From positions 1 to 64,000 of the forward strand of contig RBZT01000423.1 in NCBI GenBank assembly GCA_003693705.1: DNA of 64,000 nucleotides. The letters are read 5' to 3'. The position numbers and the translations under genes were made by a program. Source of the DNA: Polymyxa betae A26-41. Taxonomy: Eukaryota > Protista > Endomyxa: Phytomyxea. The notes below the pieces were generated by a model that searched no databases, was not told the DNA's origin, and worked only from the letters and a program-made list of their open reading frames with translations. Below are positions 55,034-64,000 of this stretch, piece after piece. Every line of letters starts with the position of its first letter. Position 1 is the stretch's first letter.

Positions 55034-56524
55034 TTAAGCGCAAAGAGCGACGATACTCATGTGCTTGACAGTACCGAAGCATGGGTCGCCAAAGACGTCA
55101 TTTTCAGCGCGAACAGAGCAGGATGTCTGTCCAACACAGCTGCTGGAGACGACACCATCGGAGCTCGAAGCATCACACCAACCATCCTGGAAGTTGGGGA
55201 AGCTTCCACCTGGCATACCGTATGAGGCGAACTGAATCTGGGTCATTGTCTTGCCATCAGGGCAAACCAGGTTCATGGTCTGGTGTTCGCCAACGGTTCC
55301 ACCGATCTGAACTGGCTGGGGACGAGCCTGGCATTTACCATTGTCACTGCATTCTTGGCCATTGTCACAGTCGGAAGAGGTCAAGCATCGGTAGCATCCT
55401 GGAGCACCAATGTGGCAGAGATCGTGAACAGACATGCCTTCGACGTGATCGTTCACGTATTGGATTGCAGCCTCGACAGCGTTCATATCATCAACACGGT
55501 TTTGAGATTGAGATTGGAACTCGGTGTTCTCGTTAGCGACTTCAGCGTCCAAGGCGGCGATCGCATCCTTGGTAGCTTGTTCGCTGGCCTGCAGATTAGC
55601 GAGGTTCTCCTGGGCCTGAGCCAACTGGTTCTGAGCATCAGCGATCTGGCCGTTTACGTCAGCAAAGTGGGCCAGATCAGCGTCTCGCTGAGCCTCGAAG
55701 TCGCTGATCAACTTGGAGTAGCTTTCGGAGGTCTGGTTGAACTGTTCCACTTCAGCCTGAGCTTCTTGCACGTAAAGGGCTCGCGATTGTTGAGTGCCAT
55801 CCTTAATCTGGTTCAGCAAGTTAAGCAGCTTCTGCTTAATGTCATTCTTGGGGCCTTTCTTCTCGATCAGCTGGATAGTGGACTCAACCAATAGGGCGAT
55901 ACGAGAGTGCTTGCGGTGCAAGAAGTGGTGGCGCTGCTTGTTCAGGAGAGCCAGAGCTTCGTTGAACTGGAAGTTGGAAACCATGTCGATCAGCTGTTGG
56001 AGAATAGCCAGAGAGTCGTCGTGGCGCTGGATGATGTCAGCGTAACGAGCAACGTTGGCTTGATGGTCCAGGTTTAGACGATCTAACATGGCCCCGTACA
56101 GCTTGGCCTGAGAGTCGGCCTCGTTCGCTTCAGCTTGGGCTTCATTAGCTTCACCTTGCAGCTCGGCGATGGCGCCGGTGATCTGGTTGATGGTGTTCTC
56201 GGTGTCCTGGATCTGGCCTTGAACCGAAGTCAGAGTGTCAACAAGGTTGGAGCGCTGTTCGGCCTTGGTGGAAACGAAAGTGTTGTGGGCTTCAACGGCG
56301 CCATTCTGTTCAGTTCGCAGCTCGGTCAATAAATCATTGAGCTGGTCGATAATCTGAGATTTGGGATCGGATAGAGAGACCAGCTGCATGGCCTCATGGT
56401 TGGACAATCCATAACGGGATGCGATCTCGTGCACAGATGACTTCAGATCTTTACTCAGGGCGACTTGAGGCGACGCCAATGTTGTGGCGGCCAGAGCGCA
56501 GAACAGGGCCAAACGGAAAGCCAT
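55034..56524 (-). CDS. secreted trichocyst-matrix/granule-lattice-like coiled-coil protein with C-terminal SUEL (Gal/Rha-binding) lectin
   Basis: Intronless ORF. Signal peptide MAFRLALFCALAATTLA, two coiled-coil halves, a Cys-rich linker, then LVCPDGK..IQFASYG.P.G...C...C.GQTSCSVRAENDVFGDPCFGTVKHM. Confidence 0.9.
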   Translation of the reverse strand: MAFRLALFCALAATTLASPQVALSKDLKSSVHEIASRYGLSNHEAMQLVSLSDPKSQIIDQLNDLLTELRTEQNGAVEAHNTFVSTKAEQRSNLVDTLTSVQGQIQDTENTINQITGAIAELQGEANEAQAEANEADSQAKLYGAMLDRLNLDHQANVARYADIIQRHDDSLAILQQLIDMVSNFQFNEALALLNKQRHHFLHRKHSRIALLVESTIQLIEKKGPKNDIKQKLLNLLNQIKDGTQQSRALYVQEAQAEVEQFNQTSESYSKLISDFEAQRDADLAHFADVNGQIADAQNQLAQAQENLANLQASEQATKDAIAALDAEVANENTEFQSQSQNRVDDMNAVEAAIQYVNDHVEGMSVHDLCHIGAPGCYRCLTSSDCDNGQECSDNGKCQARPQPVQIGGTVGEHQTMNLVCPDGKTMTQIQFASYGMPGGSFPNFQDGWCDASSSDGVVSSSCVGQTSCSVRAENDVFGDPCFGTVKHMSIVALCA

Positions 56525-56589
56525 TCTTGACAACGAAGCCGATTCGATTGTCGAATGAACGAAAACAAATACCGGTTCAATACCAGCTG

Positions 56590-56645
56590 ACCCTGGGTAC
56601 GATCGTCAGACTTTTTCACCCTGGGTACGATCGTCCGACTTTTTC
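56590..56645. repeat. 28-bp tandem direct repeat (x2) upstream of the 55034-56524 gene
   Basis: accctgggtacgatcgtc(a/c)gactttttc twice, one mismatch. Confidence 0.9.
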
Positions 56646-57053
56646 AAAATAATCGATCGACATGGTGGATCGGGTACAGTGATGCAGATCAGAAACTACA
56701 TTTAGTACTGCCATGAACGTACAGGAGATGACGTTGGTCTATGACTCTGCAGATATTGCTGATCGCTGTCAAATAACAATAGGCAGACCTTGATGCCGTT
56801 AAGAGAGGTATCATTATTAATATGCGTGTGAACGGTGAAGGCTGCTTATACCGCCCATCTATCAACTAAATAATGAAGAGGACGTAGAAAAAATGAAAAG
56901 AAAAACTAATGAAAGAAGTCTGTAGCAGAATGACATGTTGAGTTAACGTCATCACTATCTATTCATGTGGAATATACTGCCCCAAGCTATATGTTTTGTG
57001 GTTTCATTCGGTCGCAAACAAACAAAACCGCGTTTAATTCGAAAAGACAGTTA

Positions 57054-59518
57054 CTATGCCTTGACTGTGTCGGGAACGATGGCGGCATCCTCTTCCTTAA
57101 TAATTCCCTTGTTTTTCGGTTGCAAAGGAATGAATGGTTGGTGCGTTGTTCGAATCACTCGTTCCCTAAACAAATTTTAGACGCAAAGTATTTGAGATAA
57201 AAGTTATTAGAACCATGTATGGCCATTGGGATTCAGGAAAGTCGGACTGGCATCAGTAATCTATACAAAATCCAATAAATCCAATAAGGGATCATCATGA
57301 AGCACACACCAGATCAATTGGAAGCATAACGGTTCGATTGTTGACAAGACCCGAAGTAAATCCTGTGAACCCAGCCATGGCGCCGTGCTAACATTACTTA
57401 ATCAAGATGATAAGTTAAAGGGACCGATATACCACAGCATTTTGTGCAAGAATCATGCAATAAATCGAATCGCTTGCATTGGCTGGAACACTTCGAATCT
57501 GAAAATTGTGTTTCAATGATCAACACAAGCAATAGGCGACTTCCATACCATATATGATGGGTCGTTATATTTGATCGAGACATCAACTCCAGCCAAACGG
57601 AAATGATTCTTGAGTACCGTTTTCAAATGAAGCCCAATATCTTCGGGAATAACGTTGCCGCTAGCATCTTTAACATCCGATTTCTGTATCAAATAAATCA
57701 AGCGGAAACCGGATGTACATTATGACTCATACTTGTAATAAATTACCACCAGCGCCTTCAGCCAATACAATAGTGCAATGGCCATTCTTTTCCAGGGCTA
57801 CAACAAATATCAAAACACAAATCTATAAGAAATTGCGAATCAATAAGCACCTTTCCTGATATGATTCAATATACCAGAATCGCCTTCAAGCTGAATAGGA
57901 ATTTCAGGAACCAGACACAAATCGACTCCACGACCGGCTAAAGACAGCTTATCGGCATTAGCTTGTAAATGAACGAAAATATACTGCATACCAAGAGTAG
58001 CGTGAGCAGCAATGAAGCCAGCATACCGGCCCATGAGCTTAACAAGCCCAATCCCATAAGGAGTACATGATGCTTCGACTTTAGCGCTGAGAACAGCTTT
58101 CTCAGCTTCTTCGACGGCTGTATTAAACCCGAATGACCTGCAATTAATCAAGAATTATTGTATCGAGTGAGTAACTGAAAACGGACCGGTCAATGATGCC
58201 GATATCGTTATCAATTGTCTTTGGAATCCCAACCACAGATATCTTGAACCTACGGCGGCGAACTTCCTGTCATGAGTTTAGTAAGCAAATTTGGGAAAAT
58301 CAAACAGCGATGACATTATAAATGATGTTAGCACCACGGTGAGTACCATCACCTCCAATAATATACACTTGAGTAATACCATGACTAATAATTGCTCCCA
58401 GTATTTTGTCTAGCGGTATTCATGAGAAAAATCTAGGAAACTTAGAAATTAGATTACCAAGATCGAAGCCGCCTCTGGATGACCCTAGTAAAGTCCCCTA
58501 AAAGGCATTGATTCAAAACAGTTGAAACATTTCCGTTAAATCATACTCCAGTTTTATGCATCGGTCGCACACGATCCGGTGTTAACTCCATATAAGGAAG
58601 GTAATCAGGATCGTAAAACCCTCGATATCCACAGCGAATCCCATAGATTCTATCCACACTGTAATTATCTATAAAAAAACAGTTGAAAGGTTGAATCCAG
58701 AAGAGATCCGTTTTCAAGCATACAATAGAGCATCTGTACAACTTCGTGAATGACATCATTCAACCCAGGACACAGACCACCACACGTCACGATGCAGGCA
58801 ACAACCTAAACAGGTTTTGGGGAAGAGTTTTCTTGATATTGTGGAGTCACCAACTTGTGAAGGGCGAAAACAAATACTTGCACGAGGACCAGCACGAACG
58901 AAAGCGGTACCTTTATGGTTTGCAGTAGTTCGAACAAGATCGCCAAGTATCACTAGAACACAACTAAGATGTTGACATCTTAAGGCCTCGAACTGACCCT
59001 GATCGTCGTTAACAGGAACAGAATATCCCTTTCGAGAGACATTGCCTGTTCGAGTACGAAAGAACTCGTTGTCATAGAAGTCCAAATCAGGGAGATAATC
59101 TGTCAGCTTTGGAACTCGATGAAGCTTAACTTCGTCAATATGTTGCCTGCATAGAAATGAATACATTATCGCCGTTGTTTGGCAAAAGATAACCCGGTAG
59201 CTTCAGTCTTTGACTGGATTTCAGCAGTAAATAGCTTAGCCTGTCCTGAATGATAGAGATGAGCCCCATTGGGGGTGGTCAGCATATAATCGGGTACAGT
59301 CTCCTCTGCAAGCAAACATGTCAACAATGTCAACAACTGGTGACAGCTGGAAAGAGACCGGAAGCGACCCGATGAGTTGGAGAGTGTGAAACTGGCCCGA
59401 CCCGTCCTTTTTTCCTCTTGAATCCATATTCGGCTCCGAATCGGGCAACCGACAAGAATGCCAGAAATGTCCCAAAAAATATGGCACTTTCTTGCCATGC
59501 CGTTATGGAATCGGCCAT
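57054..59518 (-). CDS. PFK: ATP-dependent 6-phosphofructokinase (plant/protist type) with N-terminal hydrophobic anchor
   Basis: [68 protein letters not shown]. Confidence 0.95.
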
Positions 59519-59769
59519 GATAAAAAAGGTGATGGGGCTCCCTTCAATGAAAGTCTGAAATAAATGGCGACAAATGTTATGTGGTGGGTGTGCCCATTAA
59601 TCGAACTTAAAAAACTTGTAAATTTGTTTGAAGTGCGCTGCCCGTGACGACCAACAGCTATGTCGGCAAATCTCTCAATCTTTGTTATAGGTATTTTATA
59701 CTACCTCATTCTGATGGAAGTTCCACAACCTTCAGCGAAGCTGCAATTATTACGTTTGATGTTTATACG

Positions 59770-61216
59770 GAACAGTTTATATACAAAAGATGTAACATGA
59801 CATCTCAAGTTGAGCATTATCTTCCCTGAACTTGTTCAATGCAGGAGCTTTCGGCTAGCTTGCGCTTCAGGAACGCAATCTGTTTCCGATCATATTCGAA
59901 CTATACAGAATAACTTTTAAATAAAGGAATGCGATAATGTAATAAAGTCAGGTACCTGCTCGAGCGTCGAAAACAATTGCCTTTTTAGGCTCTGCACTTG
60001 GTCTTGGTACATAAGCGATACATCGGACAACGCCTTTCGTAATTGTTCAACCTCAGAACTTGCATGTATCTTCTCGGGTATCAACCGAGGGAGTGCCTCT
60101 TCAAAGCCGTCTTCATCGTTATACAGGCCCATTAAACAGGTATCGTCCTTCGGCAGCGTTTAAATTACATGATCATTCGCAACAGATTTCTGTTACCCCT
60201 AATTCGCTTTCAAAATCTGAGGCGTTCATGCCCAGCCTGGATCCGGACAACTTGCGTTTTTGCAAGCTAAAATTTTCCACAGAGAGGCCATTTGCCTTCT
60301 GTTGTCTTGTGATGTCACAAAGAATACGATTTTGAGAGCGCGATGGTATTCCCTAGTCGAGAGTAAAAACAATAAACAATGGCGAACCATGGATGGCTAC
60401 CTCAGCTCTGTTAGGCCATTGCACAGGATCTGTCAAAATCTGGTCCCAGTGCTTGGAGGAGTCCTTGATATGGACTGACTGCATTACAGAATCGTCGTCA
60501 TCGCTCTCGAACGGAGATGGATCCCTGAGAATCGGGAAGTGGATTGAGCGTTTCGTCAACGGCTGCTTTAAAGTTTGTTTGCGCTTCAAAGAACTTTGCC
60601 GATCCTTTGAACCGGCGGGCGATCGTGATCGAGGCTTACTTGTCTTAAAAGGCAGTTCGCTTTGCGAAATGGTAGACTTGCTTTTCGACGGGAATCCGCA
60701 AACCGATTTTGAAAGAGCCGAACAAAAATTGGGCCTTTTTAAAACTGACGGAACTGAAACTGTTTTCGACACCGAAATGCTGCTGCTGATTGACCTGCGC
60801 TTAGACCACGCTTCTGTGTCCCTCATGAATCCTGGAACGGAGTGCTTTTTCTTGGCTTTCTGGGCCTCAGCTGATCGCCGCCGCGGATATGTTCCCAATT
60901 TGCTGACCTCGGCGAATTTCTCTCGCCCAAGCAGCTTGAAGTTGAAATTCGGCAGCGAAGCTGAAACCGAACAATGCGTAGAATCACCAGGATTGCGTTT
61001 AACCGGGCTCTTGTAGATGTCAAAGCTGATCGTCTTGCCGTTATTGAATTCGGCAGCGAAGTCAACGGGCTCTATTGGAATTTCATACCGGGGATCCACC
61101 TCCATCGGCTTGGTATCGCATTCAATCAGCGCGGAACGCAGCCAAGCCTGTTGCTCGCCTTCGGACGCCTCCGACCAGGAATCGTCAGCAACGTCGTCCT
61201 GGGCGCCAGGACTCAT
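59770..61216 (-). CDS. hypothetical protein with a Ser/Lys-rich disordered region and C-terminal coiled-coil (3' end uncertain)
   Basis: 287-aa first exon plus downstream exons (EVEQLRKALSDVSLMYQDQVQSLKRQL). Confidence 0.6.
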
Positions 61217-61891
61217 GGCTATCTCTCGTCAACTCAGACGATACCAATCTGAGCAGAGCTCATAGCTGTTGATAGTCTTGGGCGTGGCCTCTGTAATCAG
61301 AATGTGGGGTCCTGCTGCTTCCCAGCGTTTCGATCTCATAACATTGCACTGATGACGGGCTCCTCTCTATGGGCCCTGCACTCGTATAGGGTTCCGACTG
61401 CAGCGTGTTTAACTGTCACCCTGTTCTGATCTTTTGTCACTCTCGTACTATGCATCTCTGCCCCTGAGTCTGTCCTGTGTCTCCGTGGGCCCTGGCTGCT
61501 GTCACCTGCCTCTCAGCCGTCACCTAGGGGTTCTTAGGTTAGGTTAATCTCGCAAATTGCATCCGGATTCCGGTCGGTAGAACGTATAGAGTTATAGTTT
61601 ATGCTGTTGGGTCAGTGTAGCTTCTTTTAACTCAAATTGATTCGAAACTTTCTCGCAATTGGGACGCCGACCAGTCGTTGGTCAGCTCTCAATCAATGAG
61701 TGGAACCGGATCCGAGTTGAACCATCGGTGACACTTTTATGGGAATTAGGACGAATTCAATAGTCATATTTCCGAAATGATATAATGTCTTGACTGCCAA
61801 TAATACAAGTATTTCTGCCCTGGATATTCACATTCTCTGTTTTCTCCTTATCTTTGCGGAGTATCTTTGTCCAATTTGTGTCAACCCTACG

Positions 61892-62615
61892 ATGCTGGCG
61901 AGTCTATTCGCTCGCTTTCTACGGGTCATATTTGTTGTCTACCGCTGGCTCAGATCAGTTTACGATGTCGTCTTCGTCGAAGAGATCACAGCCAACAAAA
62001 TCCCGCGCCATTTGACGGTTGCTGTAAAAGCTCCTAAGTTTGCCAGCCCCAAACAGATTGTCGACCTTGTCGGATACGCCAGAAATTTTGGCATTCCCGA
62101 ATTAACTATTTATAATACCTGCAATTGGAAGCAGGCTTTGGATGATCTCTCCGATGTTATTGGAACCAACGTTTTGATTATAAGCGAAAACGAATCAGTT
62201 CACATCGACCACGATGGAGTTGTTGCAATTGTAGATACGGTGTCTATCAGCGACCAGTTCGTTCTAAGAATGATTCCTTTTGATTACGAGCAAAGGTCCG
62301 GCCTGAAAGATTTCCTTGTTGACAATCCTGAGCCTAACAAAACTATTCGAGGTGTGCTCGGAGAATATTGATTCAGATAGAATGCTGAGATTGTCCTTAG
62401 ATAAATGGCAATTGCATAATAATGGTCTGCCTGATCTGGTATTAATCTGTGACGGTGCCGTTGCCTTCAACAGTATTTCTCTCTCTGGATTTCCATCATG
62501 GCTACTAAAGACAGCTGAACTCGGTTCTCTGCCAGATCTTGACACTGTACGGAAAGGACATCTATACCGCGAGCTTGTAAAATATTCCAAATCGACACAG
62601 AAATTTGGCCATTAA
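61892..62615 (+). CDS. NUS1: cis-prenyltransferase complex subunit Nus1/NgBR
   Basis: N-terminal TM, KIPRHL, GIPELTIYN, PDLVLI...LSGFPSWLLKTAE, KYSKSTQKFGH; one intron. Confidence 0.85.
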
Positions 62616-62676
62616 GTTTAGGCAAACAAAAAATAATCTTTCTTTTGTTTAGTCAGTATTATGATGCTTGATATTG

Positions 62677-63498
62677 TTAATGGAATAAGAACATAGGATC
62701 ACGCTTAAATTTGACCTATTTTTGATTAGCGAACGGCAGCTCTTTACTATGAGACTACCAACCTCAAATTTGGCAAGCCACCTGTCAATAGCATCGGGCG
62801 GGACTTGTAGTGTATTTCTTAGAGGATCGAGGCTAAATGAACCAATAAAAGTGCAAAGGTCGCGAGCAATGGCAACTGCTAAAGTCGCATGGGTCGCTGC
62901 TCTTTGCTCCTACCAGAAACGGTTTATAGAAGGTGCCTAAGTTTGAAGAAAATTCTACCTCGGCTTTCTCGTTAAGATTATTGATAAACTGCTCGGTTTC
63001 TATCGAAATTCCGATAACAATTTCCATGGGATCTCCAGCTGTGCAATACCAATTGGGTACGCAAGCTAGCTGTGCAGTCGAAACTTACATCGACTGATAG
63101 AGGAAGTTACTGCAACAGATGTAGAAGGTCTTAATGGACTGACACTACCGACGAAAGTATAATCGGTGATGGGAGCTTGCGCCAACTATAATAATTTAAC
63201 TTTCAACGTCTCGATGGAAGCCACATTTACCTGAACGTTAGCGTATATTGCCAAACCGTGACCGATAGGTATCATGTCTGATCGAAGAAGGCAAATCGCA
63301 ACTGTTCTGTTTACCATAATTAGAACCAAGAGACTACAGCGAATAGAGCTAGTACGCAGCGATGATTTACCCGAGCTCTTTTGTGGTAATCGACGGTGGC
63401 AACGGAATTCGACAAACAGCGGTCGTAGGTCCCGAGCTTTCAAAATGAGTCTGCAGTGGCAGACCAGGTACGACCACAGCTATGAGATTATCAGCCAT
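62677..63498 (-). CDS. Hikeshi/OPI10 family protein
   Basis: Spliced reading MADNLIAVVVPGLPLQTHF...GHGLAIY...RPS...IGISIE...IARDLCTFIGSF...VPPDAIDRWLAKFE|VKFKRDP. Confidence 0.75.
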
Positions 63499-64000
63499 AT
63501 TATCGCCGCTATGACTTGGCCAAGAGGTCTTTGAAATGATTCAACGCCTTTGAGATTGAATTAAAAACGTTCAACATCACGATTCGAAGTCAACGGCAGT
63601 CCGCGCGGAACCTTCCTGATTCCATGTTGAACGTGATTTCGTCAAAGGAGTGAAAGGACAACCCTGCATTTCACAATAATAAAAACATCGATTTCATGGT
63701 TCTATTTCGCTGGAAAAGACGGTATCTGATCGCAAATCGCATCTAGACAAGAGCACTGAGGTCCATTCCGAATAAAAGAGATAAGGCAAAGTTGACGAAT
63801 AGTAACCATGGCTTTTCATCTGAGTTTTTACTAGAGCAGTTCACGATTTTCATCTTGCATCGTCAGTTTTCTAAATTAATATGTAAAATTTGGAACTTTA
63901 AAAGCTGGATTCTGCTGTCTGTTATTCAAGGGGTCCACAACCATTGCGCAATTTTTAAAGTCACGGACAAAAGAATTCACCTTTTTTACAAGGAATTGTG

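Noticed and set aside
55081-56652. Long plus-strand ORFs
   Set aside because: Antisense shadows of the codon-biased minus-strand gene.
60393-61272. 207-aa and other plus-strand ORFs
   Set aside because: Antisense to the 60353-61216 exon; no motif support.
61340-61550. U1-loop-like ATTGCACT and telomere-like ttaggttagg
   Set aside because: No U1 5' ACTTACC or Sm site, and only two TTAGG units.
62316-62400. Possible frameshift in NUS1
   Set aside because: Explained by a GT..AG intron (gtgtgc...ccttag).
1-64000. Prokaryotic systems (CRISPR, operons), tRNA/rRNA genes, alternative genetic code
   Set aside because: None seen. The fragmented ORFs are explained by spliceosomal introns under the standard code.

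Overview
Gene-dense eukaryotic (protist) genomic DNA with many short (~40-80 nt) GT-AG introns and very short intergenic spacers. Several features are consistent with a flagellated, zoosporic protist such as a plasmodiophorid/phytomyxid: a ciliary inner protein, an S28 protease, a chitin-synthase-like gene and the compact intron style. That taxonomic call is inference only. The left end holds nested DNA-transposon remnants (pogo/Tigger-like and piggyBac-like). About 30 protein genes follow, mostly housekeeping: PUS3, EMC2, CK2beta, RasGAP, gamma-tubulin, RPA2, CstF77, GCL, mtRF1, RRP45, MRT4, PFK, NUS1 and Hikeshi. The most notable items are: (1) an intronless, GC3-rich secreted protein that resembles ciliate trichocyst-matrix/granule-lattice proteins and is fused to a SUEL lectin (candidate extrusome or host-penetration structural protein), with a tandem-repeat element just upstream; (2) a VHL-beta-domain plus prolyl-4-hydroxylase fusion; (3) a bacterial-type guanine deaminase with a signal peptide; (4) a degenerate chitin-synthase-like GT2; (5) a divergent INTS13/Asunder homolog. 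All family assignments come from motif recognition by eye, not database searches. Coordinates of multi-exon genes are approximate gene spans.
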